Shown: piece after piece, positions 10,550 to 19,940 of the stretch
Layout of the letters: every line of letters begins with the position of its first letter
Numbering within the stretch: the stretch's first letter is position 1
Assembly (NCBI GenBank): GCA_964202905.1
Contig: CAXNJO010000004.1
Span: 416,001 to 480,000, forward strand
Direction of reading: 5' to 3'
Origin: Polyangiales bacterium
GTDB taxonomy: Bacteria > Myxococcota_A > Polyangia > Polyangiales > JADJQN01
Length of the DNA: 64,000 bases
Translations under genes and position numbers: made by a program
The notes under the pieces: model-generated
Seen by the model: only the letters and a program-made list of their open reading frames with translations
The model's database searches: none
What the model was told of the DNA's origin: nothing

Positions 10550-11470
10550 TCAGTGACCTTCGGAGAGTTCGCTGAAGCGGTCGCGTGCCGCCTTGACGAT
10601 GTCGGCGCGCTCGTTCGCCCCCGCCACGTCGACGTACTTCTTGAGGAAGCGGATCGCCTCCGCCTTGTTGCCTTGCTGCGAGTACGTCCAGCCGAGCGAG
10701 AAGAGCGCGTCGGGCATACCCGGCACGACGTCGAGCGCGGCGCGGAACTCACGGATCGCGTCGTCCGTCTTGCCCTGCTGCTGGTAGACGCTACCGAGGC
10801 GGGCGTGCGTTCCGGCGCTCTCTTCGGTTCCCTCGAGGCCCGCCTGCTGGGCGGCCTGCAGAACCTGCACGGACTGGTCGAGATAGCCGAGGTCGGCGTA
10901 GAGCCGGCCGAGTGCGTTGTACGCCTCGATGAAACGGGGGCCCTTTTGTGCAGCCTCCGTGTAGCGACGCAGGGCCGCTTGGATGTTCTCGTTACCGTCG
11001 TCCGCGATCGCGAGGTGCTCGTGGATCTGGCCGAGCGCGAAGTAGGCCTTGAAGAGCGTCGCGTCGAATTGCACGGCCTTCTCGAGGGCCTGCTTCGCGC
11101 CGTTCCAGTCCTCGAGCTTCACGAGGACCTCGCCGAGCTTGAACTGGTAGCCGGCCGACTCCGGCGCGAGGGCGATGGCCTTCTGGAGGTCGTCCCGCGC
11201 AGGCTCGTACTTCTGCATCTCCATGTGGACGATCGCGAGGCTCCAGAAGGCCTCGTGGTTGCCCGGGTCGATCGCGCTCGCGCGCTCGAGCTTCTCGACG
11301 GCAGCCATGAACTGCTTCTGCTGCGCGAGGATCACGCCCTCGTTCATGTGGTTCAACGACTCAACGCGCTCGCGCGAGCAGGAACCGCCCGTGAGCACGA
11401 AGAACATGAGCGTGGCGACGCCGAGCACCCGAAGCCCGCGGTTGCCCAGCTTTTGCTTCGCCTGATTCAT
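10550..11470 (-). CDS. TPR-repeat exported protein, probable lipoprotein
   Basis: 306 aa. Basic N-terminus and hydrophobic stretch ending LTGGS-C, then several TPRs. Purine-rich RBS upstream. Co-oriented with and directly upstream of the giant TPR gene. Confidence 0.85.
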   Translation of the reverse strand: MNQAKQKLGNRGLRVLGVATLMFFVLTGGSCSRERVESLNHMNEGVILAQQKQFMAAVEKLERASAIDPGNHEAFWSLAIVHMEMQKYEPARDDLQKAIALAPESAGYQFKLGEVLVKLEDWNGAKQALEKAVQFDATLFKAYFALGQIHEHLAIADDGNENIQAALRRYTEAAQKGPRFIEAYNALGRLYADLGYLDQSVQVLQAAQQAGLEGTEESAGTHARLGSVYQQQGKTDDAIREFRAALDVVPGMPDALFSLGWTYSQQGNKAEAIRFLKKYVDVAGANERADIVKAARDRFSELSEGH

Positions 11471-11717
11471 CTTTCCGTTCTCCCTCCGGACCTTGGAGCG
11501 TTCCGGCCGCCGGATAGTACGTGAGCCCGCCCCGCCGCCTCAACCACGAACTGCGCGAAATGGCGGTCGACCGCGCCGCCCCGCGCGCGCCCGCTCGCCC
11601 GCTCAAGGTGCCGGTTGCGGCTGGAATCGATTCGCTGATACTTACGGACCCCGATTTCGCACCCACCACGCCACGAGACTTTTTCGCGGCGGCGACCGTG
11701 CATCGCCGAGGACCTCC

Positions 11718-12617
11718 ATGCCCCGCGCCACCGTGCTCATCGTGCTCGCCTTCCTCGCCGTCCCGCCGGCCACTGCGATCGCCCAATCCCGGCCAGGACG
11801 GCCCGCGCGCCCGGGACGACCTGGCGCGGACGCCGAACCGATGGCCCCCGCGCCCACCCTCGCGGACCTCGCGGAGATCGTTCCGAAGCTCGAGAGCACG
11901 CAGGGCGACGAAGTCCGCGAGGCGATCGACCTCCTCACCGTGATCGATCGCCCGGAGGTGGTTGCGCCCCTGAGCGCGCTGCTCCGCGCTGGTCAGCCCG
12001 ACGCGATCACCGATCGCGCGCTCGAGGCCCTCGGAGCGCTCGGTCAAGCGGGCGCCGTCGACGTGCTGGTCGAGTTCACACACCACCGCCGCGAGCCTGC
12101 GCGGCGCCGGGCCTATCAGGCGCTCGCGGCGATCCAGGACCCGCGCATCCCGCGCCTTCTCGAACAGGGGCTCCGCGACAGCGACCGCAACGTCCGTGGC
12201 GCCGCGGCGCTCGCGCTCGGGCAGATCGGCGCGCGCGGCAGCGTCGACACGCTCTTCATCGCGTTCGATCGCGGCGTGATCGAGGCCGCCATCGCGATCG
12301 GAAAACTCGGCGATCGCGCCGCCGTCCAGAAGTTCTCCGAGTCGGTCGGGCGACGTCCCCTCTCGGTGATGCTCTCGGGCTTCGAGCAATTCGTGCGGCG
12401 CCGGGACCTGCCGGACGAGGTCAAACTCGAGATCGTCCAGCGTCTCGGCGAGGTGTCGGGCCCCCTCGTGAAGACTTTCCTTCGCGAGTACCTCGGTACG
12501 TTCAGCGAGCGCGACCGAAGCGCGCTCAAGCGCGCGATCGAAGAGACGATCCGCCGTATCCCCGACGGCCCCGCGCCAGCTGCGGCGCCCGCGGCAACCG
12601 CCGGAGGTGCGCTGTGA
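11718..12617 (+). CDS. HEAT-repeat protein with signal peptide
   Basis: GAGGA before ATG 11718. Signal MPRATVLIVLAFLAVPPATAIA-Q. HEAT units such as LRDSDRNVRGAAALALGQIG. Stop overlaps the next start (GTGA). Confidence 0.85.
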   Translation: MPRATVLIVLAFLAVPPATAIAQSRPGRPARPGRPGADAEPMAPAPTLADLAEIVPKLESTQGDEVREAIDLLTVIDRPEVVAPLSALLRAGQPDAITDRALEALGALGQAGAVDVLVEFTHHRREPARRRAYQALAAIQDPRIPRLLEQGLRDSDRNVRGAAALALGQIGARGSVDTLFIAFDRGVIEAAIAIGKLGDRAAVQKFSESVGRRPLSVMLSGFEQFVRRRDLPDEVKLEIVQRLGEVSGPLVKTFLREYLGTFSERDRSALKRAIEETIRRIPDGPAPAAAPAATAGGAL

Positions 12618-15379
12618 TCCCCGTCCGCGTTTCCCGCCTCGCGGTCCTCGCACCGCTCGCCGCCCTCGCCGGCTGCGCGTCGGTGGGCCACACCAACGCG
12701 TTCAGCGCGCGCTTCGCCGACAACCAGGCGCTCCCGACCGAAGCCGTCGTCGCTCGGCTGCCGCAGCCCGTCGCTGCGACGCGGCCCGACAACGCGAGCG
12801 GGGCCCCGCTCGTCCTCGTGACGACGCACGGCGGCGAGCGCCGCGTGATCGCCTGGGACGTCGCGACCGGCCGAGAGCGCTGGTCCGCCGCGTTCGACGC
12901 GATGACCCGGCCCGAGGCGATCGGCGACCTCGTCGTGTTCAGCGCGCGCATCGGCACCGGCGCCGACTCGCACGACGAGGTGCTTGCACTGGACCTCGCG
13001 GATGGCCGCGTGCGCTGGCGCGAGACGCACGAGATGGGTTACGTCGGCGCGGCCCGCGAAGGCGACACGATCGTGCTCGTCAACGGCGTCGGCGCGCAGG
13101 GCGGCGCGCGGCGTGTGAGCCACGTGCGGGCGGTCGAACCGCGCGGCGGGGCCGTGATCTGGGAGTACGAGATCCAGGGCGTGCTCGGCCACCCCGCGAT
13201 CGCGGGCGGTCAGGTCTTCATCCCGTGGGACCGCCAGAACATCGCGGTCCTCGATGCGCGTACGGGCATGGAGCAGGCGCGCCTCCGCTCGACCGACGAC
13301 ATCATCGATTGGGTCGACGCACGCCCCGAGGGCGTGTTTTACGGGAGCAAGGCCGTCTATCGCCTCGACGCGCGGGCAACGAGCGGCACGCGTGCGGGCT
13401 CGACCTACCTCGCGCCTCTCCTACCTGCCGCACCCGGCGATCCGCTCATCCACCCGGACGGCTTCGTGCCGTCACCCGGAACGCGCACGGCGCGCGGACG
13501 CATCCGGCTTCACGCATCGCTCCAGCCGACGCCTCCGGGCGAGGCGATCGCCCTCGCGGACGACGTCGTCTACTACGTCTATTTCCGTTACGTTTTCGCG
13601 TTTTCCGCGGACGGAACCGCGCGCTGGGTCCGTATCCTCGACGAGGATGTGATCGGCGCCGAACCGAGCCCTGCGGGATTGTTCACCGTCGGTGAAAAGG
13701 GCGCTCTGCGCCTGCTCGACGAGACGACGGGCAACGACCGCTGGTCCGCGTCGCTCGGCGCAGAGGTCGCGTCGGCGACGCTCGACGTCGCGGGCTTCGC
13801 GCCGACGGGTGAACCGGGCGCCGCCCGCGACCTGAAGACGTCGCTCACGGAGGTCGCGCTCGACGGGGACAACCGCCTCGTACCGGCGCGCGCATTTGCC
13901 TTGCAGATGCTCGCGGCCGACCCGGACCCGGCGGTCACGCGCGAGCTGCTCGACATGTACGCACAGCGCGGCATGCCCTCGTCGCTCCGGGAGGCGATCG
14001 GTACGGCTCTCCGCGCGCGGCGCACGGGCACGGAGTTCCTCGTCGGGGCGCTGCAGCGCCACTACGACTTCCTCGAGGGGACGGAGGCGCCGCCGCTGCA
14101 GGTGATCGTGCCGTCGCTCGTCGCGGCCGCGGAGCGGCGCTCGGTCGACGCGCTCGTCGCCCAGTTGATGGACCACGAGACCCCGGCCGCCGTGTTGCCC
14201 ACGGTCGTCCAAGCGATCGTCCAGCTCGGCGATGCGGGCGTCGTACCAGCGCTCCGTGCCTTCCTGGTCCTCTATCACGCGGACAGCGCGTTCCTCGCGC
14301 CCCCGGATGCCGCCTGCACGCCGGCGACACCGAACGCTTGCGCGATGCAGGCGCTCGGACTCGCCGCAGACGGCATCTTCAAGCTCGGCGGCAACGAGGG
14401 ACGCGAGATGCTGACGCGCCTCGCCGCCGAGGGCCGCACGCACGCGCCGCTCGCCGCGACGGTTCGGGGCTTCTTCGAGGGCGAGCAACGCGCCGCCGAG
14501 GAGGCAGCCCGCGCTGAGGCCACGGCCCGGGAGCGGGCCGCCGCGGAGGCCGCTCAGGAAGTCGAGGCGGCCCTGCCGATCCGCCTCTCCCAGGAGTTGG
14601 TGAACGCGGCGTTCGCCGAACACACCGAGGCGCTGCGCGCGTGCGTCGCGGAGGAGCTCGCGCGCAACCCCCGGCTCGCTCAGGTGCGCGTCGTCTTCAT
14701 CATGAACAACGACGGCACGGGGCGGGACTTCACCTTCGCGCCGAACACCCCGGAGTTCGTGGCGTGCCTGACGCCGAAGGTCGCGGCAGTCACGTTCCCG
14801 CGGTTCCGCCAGATCCGGCAGCGCGGCTCCTTCGTGATCTCCGTGCGCGGCGGACAGCCCCAGACGGAGACCCCGGCGGAGGGCGCGAGCCCCGGCGCGG
14901 AGGTCCTCGCGGCCGACGCGCCCTGGTGGCAGCGCGCGCGCGTGCGAGCGGGCGTCCCGCTCAACGCTGCGGTCACGACGGCGTTGCCGTGGTGGGTGCG
15001 CCACGCGGCCCCCGTCACAATCGTCGCGCCCCCCGCGCAGCCGTCGCAGCCCACGCAACCCGAAACGCCGACGTCGCCGGCCGCTCCTCCGGCGGGCGGC
15101 GAGCGCCGTGGTGGCTTCAGGGCGCGCGCGGCGGCCGCGCAGCCCGCGCCCGCGCAGCCCGCGCCCGCGCAGCCAGCGCCCGCGCAGCCCGCGCCCGCGC
15201 AGCCCGCCGCCGGCAGCACAGCGGCCGGCTCCGCCCGCGCAGCCGCCAGCCGCGGCCGCTCGTGCCCGACGACGCCGCCCGCGCAGCGCCCGGCGCAGCC
15301 TGCACAGCCGCCCGCCGGGGCGCCGCCAGCCCCAGCCCCCGCGCCACCGGCGCAGCCGTGGTGGCTGCCGCAGCAGTAG
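12614..15379 (+). CDS. Lipoprotein: PQQ/BamB-like beta-propeller, helical HEAT-like region, GltG/TonB-C-like domain and Pro/Ala/Gln-rich tail
   Basis: Lipobox LAG-C. Propeller blade motifs AWDVATGRERWS, ALDLADGRVRWR, LLDETTGNDRWS. The C-terminal domain aligns by eye with the GltG C-terminus in this window. Confidence 0.85.
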   Translation: MIPVRVSRLAVLAPLAALAGCASVGHTNAFSARFADNQALPTEAVVARLPQPVAATRPDNASGAPLVLVTTHGGERRVIAWDVATGRERWSAAFDAMTRPEAIGDLVVFSARIGTGADSHDEVLALDLADGRVRWRETHEMGYVGAAREGDTIVLVNGVGAQGGARRVSHVRAVEPRGGAVIWEYEIQGVLGHPAIAGGQVFIPWDRQNIAVLDARTGMEQARLRSTDDIIDWVDARPEGVFYGSKAVYRLDARATSGTRAGSTYLAPLLPAAPGDPLIHPDGFVPSPGTRTARGRIRLHASLQPTPPGEAIALADDVVYYVYFRYVFAFSADGTARWVRILDEDVIGAEPSPAGLFTVGEKGALRLLDETTGNDRWSASLGAEVASATLDVAGFAPTGEPGAARDLKTSLTEVALDGDNRLVPARAFALQMLAADPDPAVTRELLDMYAQRGMPSSLREAIGTALRARRTGTEFLVGALQRHYDFLEGTEAPPLQVIVPSLVAAAERRSVDALVAQLMDHETPAAVLPTVVQAIVQLGDAGVVPALRAFLVLYHADSAFLAPPDAACTPATPNACAMQALGLAADGIFKLGGNEGREMLTRLAAEGRTHAPLAATVRGFFEGEQRAAEEAARAEATARERAAAEAAQEVEAALPIRLSQELVNAAFAEHTEALRACVAEELARNPRLAQVRVVFIMNNDGTGRDFTFAPNTPEFVACLTPKVAAVTFPRFRQIRQRGSFVISVRGGQPQTETPAEGASPGAEVLAADAPWWQRARVRAGVPLNAAVTTALPWWVRHAAPVTIVAPPAQPSQPTQPETPTSPAAPPAGGERRGGFRARAAAAQPAPAQPAPAQPAPAQPAPAQPAAGSTAAGSARAAASRGRSCPTTPPAQRPAQPAQPPAGAPPAPAPAPPAQPWWLPQQ
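15137..15208 (+). repeat. 15-bp coding tandem repeat (GCGCAGCCCGCGCCC, about 5 copies) encoding AQPAP
   Basis: Units start at 15137, 15152, 15167, 15182 and 15197 (last partial), in frame in the lipoprotein tail. Confidence 0.9.
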
Positions 15380-15430
15380 CGCCTCCCCGCGCACGGGCTC
15401 CATTCTCCGGGGTCCGTCAGCGCGGGCCCG

Positions 15431-16471
15431 TCAGCGCGGCAGTGCAGCCCGTCCCGCCACAGCCTGCGTGAGCGCCACGACGACCTCGCTGGTCGCCTGC
15501 CGCAACGCGAGGGGTGCGTCGGGGCCCAGCCGGTCGGGGTGGAGCGTCGCCGCGAAGCGTCGGAGCGAGCGGCGCGCCGCCGCGTCGTCCGCGCCATGCT
15601 CCAACTCGAGGAGGGTCGCGACGTCGCGCGTGCGCCGCAGCTCGCGGGTTTTGCGGAGCAGCAACGAGTAGGTGTCGCCACCCGCCGAGGGGGGAGCGGC
15701 GGCGCGCACGTAGCGCAGCGCCGCGAGGAAGCGGAGCGCCCGGTGACTCCCGCGCGCGATGCCCAGAAGCGCGTCCACCGGCGCGCCGGCGCGGAGTGCC
15801 GGCACCAGCGCGGCCTCGTCGGGCCAGAGCGCGGACTTCCCCAAGAGCGTCTCGCCGAGCGGCGTCAGCACGACGAGGCCGCTCCCGACGAAGCGGCGCA
15901 CGGAGAGCAGCGGCTCGTGTTCGAGAGATTCTCGAAGCGCTGCGAGGACGAGGTCGGCGGCGCGCACCGACTCGGTAACGTGGGGCATCCCAACCGCGGC
16001 GTCCCCGGCCGAGAAGCGGAACTCGACCCCATCCCAGCGCAGCAGACCACGTACGCGATCGCGCAGCTGCGCACGGAGCGCATGCGCCACCGCCTCCGGC
16101 CGCGCGGCCCCCGTCTCGACCAGCCAGCGCCCCACGGGCAGCGCGGATGCGGCGCGACGCAGGCTCGCCAAGCGCGCGCGCGGGTCGAGGTCACCGCTGC
16201 GCGCAAGGCGTGCGCCGAGGGAGTCGCTCGGCGGGTTCTTCCCCGCGAGCGCGCGCGGCACACCCTCGACGAGCGCGAGGCGCGCCTCCCTCGACCCGGA
16301 CCGGACATGAAGTACGCCCGTCGCCTGCGCCCGTTCGAGGGCGAGCAGCGCCGTGGCCATCGAGGTCGCCGCTGGCAGCCGGTCCATCTGCGCGGACGTA
16401 GCGGAGACTGGCGTTCGGGGCCCAGTTTCCGGCGTGGCACCGTCACGCAGCCACGCGGCGAGGCGACGCAT
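15431..16471 (-). CDS. DUF4388/PatA-N-like domain protein with C-terminal J (DnaJ) domain
   Basis: ATGVLHVRSG...LVEGVP and SLGARLARSG...VGRWLVETG segments are typical of DUF4388 proteins. The C-terminus LLELEHGADDAAARRSLRRFAATLHPDR carries the HPD motif. Start uncertain (16471 or 16387). Confidence 0.75.
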   Translation of the reverse strand: MRRLAAWLRDGATPETGPRTPVSATSAQMDRLPAATSMATALLALERAQATGVLHVRSGSREARLALVEGVPRALAGKNPPSDSLGARLARSGDLDPRARLASLRRAASALPVGRWLVETGAARPEAVAHALRAQLRDRVRGLLRWDGVEFRFSAGDAAVGMPHVTESVRAADLVLAALRESLEHEPLLSVRRFVGSGLVVLTPLGETLLGKSALWPDEAALVPALRAGAPVDALLGIARGSHRALRFLAALRYVRAAAPPSAGGDTYSLLLRKTRELRRTRDVATLLELEHGADDAAARRSLRRFAATLHPDRLGPDAPLALRQATSEVVVALTQAVAGRAALPR

Positions 16472-16500
16472 CGGCGGTGTCGAACGCGGCGAGCGCCGCC

Positions 16501-17799
16501 TCAGCGGACGTAGCGCGGGTCGGCGTGATGGAGGGCGAGGACGTCGAGGAGGAGGCTGTAGCGCTGGCCAAGCGCGGTCGCGCTCACTTCGTAGCGACGC
16601 GCGATCGCGGACTGCGTCACGCCTCGCTCGGACTGCAGCGCCCGCAACGCGTACTCGACGGCCGCCGCGTGGACGCCCGGCTTGCCCACGCGCGGCTGGT
16701 AGATGGCATAGAAGTCCCGCCACATCGTGCGGGCGAGCATGCGCTGCCGGGCGGGACACCCGGACTCGCTCATCTTGCGCTCGAGCAATGCGTCGACGGT
16801 GTGCCACGAGATGCGGTCCCCAACCTGGGGCGGCCCCACCTCCGGGACATCGGGCGCGACACCGACGAAGCGCGGATGCGAGGAGAGCGCCCCGGGCGGC
16901 GCCGCGGCGGGTGCGCCCGCCGACCCCTGCGCGGCTCCCGGTGTCGCCGAGCGGGAGCGGCCAGTCCCCGCGGGACGACGCGGGCTTTGGGGCGACGGAG
17001 CCGAGGACGACGCGTGCGCCCGCGTCGACCGGGGCGTCGGGGTGCGGGTCGACCCGGGACGCGCCCGTGCAGGGTCGAGCGACGCGGGGTCGAGTGACGC
17101 GGGTTCCACCTCGCCGAGGTCGACGAAGCGGCTCCGCTTGGACGGCAGCGAGGGTGACCGACGCTGGACTGCGGGGGCCGGGGTGGCGTGAGGCCCCTCT
17201 CCGACGGGCGCGCCGCGCTCGACCCATGAGAGCAGGGCGCGGTGCTCTCGGTTGCGCGGGGCCGCGCGCACGGCGTCCGCGGCAAGCCCGCGGGCCTCGG
17301 CGAGGGTGCCCATCCCCGCCAGACAATGCGCGAGGGAGGCGGTGATCTCGTCCTCGAGCGGCTCGAGACGATGCGCGCTCCGCAGGTGGGGCAGCGCCTG
17401 CGCCGGGGTCGCGAGCGCGACGTCGAGGAGGTGACCGACGTTGTGGTGGTACCAGGGGTTGCGCGGCGACGAGGAGAGCGCACGGCGGTAGTGACCGACC
17501 GCGACGCGGAAGTTGCCGAGCAGCGCGTGGCAGAGGCCCATCAGCGCGTGTACGACGTCGTCGTCCCGGCGCTCGCGGACGATCCGCCGGAGGTGCAGCA
17601 ACGCGCGCCAGGGGTTCTCCTCCACCCAGAACTCGGCGAGGTGCCGGTGCGCGAAGAGCGCGTGGTCGCTGCCCTCCGGCGCAACGGCAACAAGCCGCTC
17701 GAGCACCGGGAACAACTCCACGCGCGGCCGGGCGCGCCGAAGCAGGCCTTCGGCCTCCCTCCGCAGTTCGTCGACGCGCGTGTCCCCTCTCCGCGACAT
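16501..17799 (-). CDS. TPR protein with low-complexity linker and C-terminal helical/HTH domain
   Basis: ATG 17799 (MSRRGDTRVDE). TPRs such as HALMGLCHALLGNFRVAVGHYRRALSSSPRNPWYHHNVG. C-terminus HAAAVEYAL...VTQSAIARRYEVSATALGQRY. Confidence 0.8.
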   Translation of the reverse strand: MSRRGDTRVDELRREAEGLLRRARPRVELFPVLERLVAVAPEGSDHALFAHRHLAEFWVEENPWRALLHLRRIVRERRDDDVVHALMGLCHALLGNFRVAVGHYRRALSSSPRNPWYHHNVGHLLDVALATPAQALPHLRSAHRLEPLEDEITASLAHCLAGMGTLAEARGLAADAVRAAPRNREHRALLSWVERGAPVGEGPHATPAPAVQRRSPSLPSKRSRFVDLGEVEPASLDPASLDPARARPGSTRTPTPRSTRAHASSSAPSPQSPRRPAGTGRSRSATPGAAQGSAGAPAAAPPGALSSHPRFVGVAPDVPEVGPPQVGDRISWHTVDALLERKMSESGCPARQRMLARTMWRDFYAIYQPRVGKPGVHAAAVEYALRALQSERGVTQSAIARRYEVSATALGQRYSLLLDVLALHHADPRYVR

Positions 17800-18011
17800 C
17801 CGCGCGGCTATATACCGCGGCAAAATCCATGGCAAGCAGCCACAGGGCGCCCACTCACAACGCCCTGCGCGCACGCCCGTCGACGGCGTACACCCGGCGG
17901 CTGAGTGACTTGCCGGCATCGCGCCCCCGCGGGCCTCGCGCGCCCTCGGTCACGCTCCAAGGCGATGCCGTACGGCACTTCGCGCGGACGGGCACACACG
18001 GCCCGGCGCCG

Positions 18012-18737
18012 TCAGGCCTCGCGGCGTGCGATGGCGACGACGAAACCACCGAGCCAGCGCAGCGGTGAGGTCGCGGCGAGTTTCTCGGCCCATGCGAGCC
18101 CAGGGCCGACCAGCGGCACCTTGTGGACGAACGCTGCGGGCGTGAGCACGCGGATGCCCCGAAGTTCGACGAGGCGCATCCCCGGCGGGAGGATCTTCGG
18201 GACGACCGTCGGCGGATCCCAGCGCGTGTAGACGTCCGCCTCGGTGCGGCCCTCGGAGATGGGCTGCGGTCCGGCGAGCCGCTTGGCGACGTAGCGCAGG
18301 CTCCAAGGGTTGTAGAGCTCGATCGCGACGTGTCCGCCGACACGCGTGACCCGCGCCATCTCGGCGACCGCCCGCCCGAGGTCGGGGATGTGCGCGAGCA
18401 CTTTGAAGCTGCACGTGAGGTCGAAGGACTGATCCGCGAAGGGAATGGCCGTCGCGCTCCCGAGCACGACCTCCAGCCCGCGCTCCTTCGCGACGCGCAC
18501 CATCCCGGGGCTGACGTCGAGCCCGCGCGCGCTCCGTGCCGATTCCCGGAGTCGCGAGAGCACGAGCCCCGTGCCGCAGCCAACCTCGAGGACGTGCTTG
18601 TGCCGGGCGTACGCGGCGATGGCGTCGAGTTCGAGGTCGTCGAGCATCGCGTGGTAGCCGCGGCCGCGCTCGCGCTCGTACCAGCCGCTGAAGTCGTCGT
18701 AATAGGCGCGGTTGCGCGTGTCGTCCGTCTTCGCCAT
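18012..18737 (-). CDS. Class I SAM-dependent methyltransferase
   Basis: Motifs VLEVGCGTG, GLDVSPGM, IPFADQSFD and EMARVTRVGG. Confidence 0.92.
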   Translation of the reverse strand: MAKTDDTRNRAYYDDFSGWYERERGRGYHAMLDDLELDAIAAYARHKHVLEVGCGTGLVLSRLRESARSARGLDVSPGMVRVAKERGLEVVLGSATAIPFADQSFDLTCSFKVLAHIPDLGRAVAEMARVTRVGGHVAIELYNPWSLRYVAKRLAGPQPISEGRTEADVYTRWDPPTVVPKILPPGMRLVELRGIRVLTPAAFVHKVPLVGPGLAWAEKLAATSPLRWLGGFVVAIARREA

Positions 18738-18824
18738 GGGTGGCGCGGACTACCCTCGCGCGCGCCCGGACGCAAGCGGATCGGGGCCCGCCAGCCGGAG
18801 ACGGCGGCTGCGGCCCCGCGTCGA

Positions 18825-19940
18825 TCAGCGGGCGAGCAGCGCGTCGTAGAGAGACTCGTAGGCCGCCGCCATCGGTGCGGGCGCGTGCCGGGCCTCGACC
18901 GCCGCGCGCGCACGGACGCCGAGCGCAGCGCATTGCGCGGCATCGTCGAGGAGCCGATCGAGCGCCGCAGCGAGCGCGTCCGGCGACGCATCGACCGCGA
19001 CGGCCGCCTCGTCGTCTGCGAGCTCCGCCGCGGGCGTGTCGCGAGCGACGACGACGGGCCGCGCGAGACTCATGGCCTCGAGCAGGACGAGCGGGTGGTC
19101 CATCTTCGCGTAGAGATCCGTCGACGGGAGCGCGACGACGTCGGCGGCGGCGAGCAGCGCGTGGATCGCGCGGGTCTCGCCCGGCCCACCGGGTGCGGGC
19201 CTCGAGGCCCGCCGCACGCACGCGCGCCCGCACACGCACCTCGGCGTCACGGGCCGCTGGCGTCTTCGCCCGACACGCGAGCACCAGCCACACGTCGCGC
19301 CGGGCGAGCGCCGCGACCGCGTCCACGATGCGGTCCGCGCCCTCCCCCACCTCGAGATCACCGGGATACAGCACGACGGGCACATCGAGCGGCCAGCCAT
19401 GCTCGCGCCGGGTCGCGCGGCGCGCATCGTCGCTCGCGGGCGCGAGCGGCGCGATGGCCGGGGCGATGCGCGACGATGCGCGCGCGGGGCACGCCCTCCG
19501 CGAGAAAGCGCGCCTCCGTGTGCCGCGAGAGCACGACGCTCACGTCCGCGAAGAGCACCTCGCGCAGGTCCACGCCGAGGCGTGGGCGCGCTCGCGATCG
19601 TGTGCACCGTGGGCACGCGGCGGGCGCGCGATGCGAGCCGGCCGACGCGCGAAGAGCGTGGGTTCGGAGCGAAGAAGAAGTGCCAGAGATCCGCGCGATC
19701 GCCCGCGAAGAGTCGGAGCGCGACGCGCGCGTTGTCGACGAGCGCGGGCGAGAAGCCGCCCGACCCGCGCGCGTAGGGCGTCTCGACGCGGGCTCTGGGC
19801 ACGCCGGGGTCGGCCCCGGGGCGCGTGAGCAGCGTGGGCGTGTAGCGCACGAGCGCCCCCGCGAGGTCGCGCACGAGGTTCTTGCCGCTGTCGTTCCACG
19901 GCGGCGCGACGGGCTTCGAGACGAGGAGGACGGTGCGCAT
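18825..19940 (-). CDS. Glycosyltransferase family 4 (GT-B), split by several indels
   Basis: N-terminus MRTVLLVSKPVAPPWNDSGKN. Middle pieces lie in other frames (LFADVSVVLSRHT; PVVLYPGDLE). C-terminus LLAAADVVALPS...PLVLLEAMSLARPVV. Confidence 0.8.
   Translation of the reverse strand: MRTVLLVSKPVAPPWNDSGKNLVRDLAGALVRYTPTLLTRPGADPGVPRARVETPYARGSGGFSPALVDNARVALRLFAGDRADLWHFFFAPNPRSSRVGRLASRARRVPTVHTIASAPTPRRGPARGALRGRERRALAAHGGALSRGGRAPRAHRRASPRPSRRSRPRATMRAARPGASMAGRSMCPSCCIPVISRWGRARTASWTRSRRSPGATCGWCSRVGRRRQRPVTPRCVCGRACVRRASRPAPGGPGETRAIHALLAAADVVALPSTDLYAKMDHPLVLLEAMSLARPVVVARDTPAAELADDEAAVAVDASPDALAAALDRLLDDAAQCAALGVRARAAVEARHAPAPMAAAYESLYDALLAR

Noticed and set aside
15137..15208. Tandem repeat considered as a CRISPR array
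   Set aside because: No spacers, in-frame coding repeat, and no cas genes in the window.
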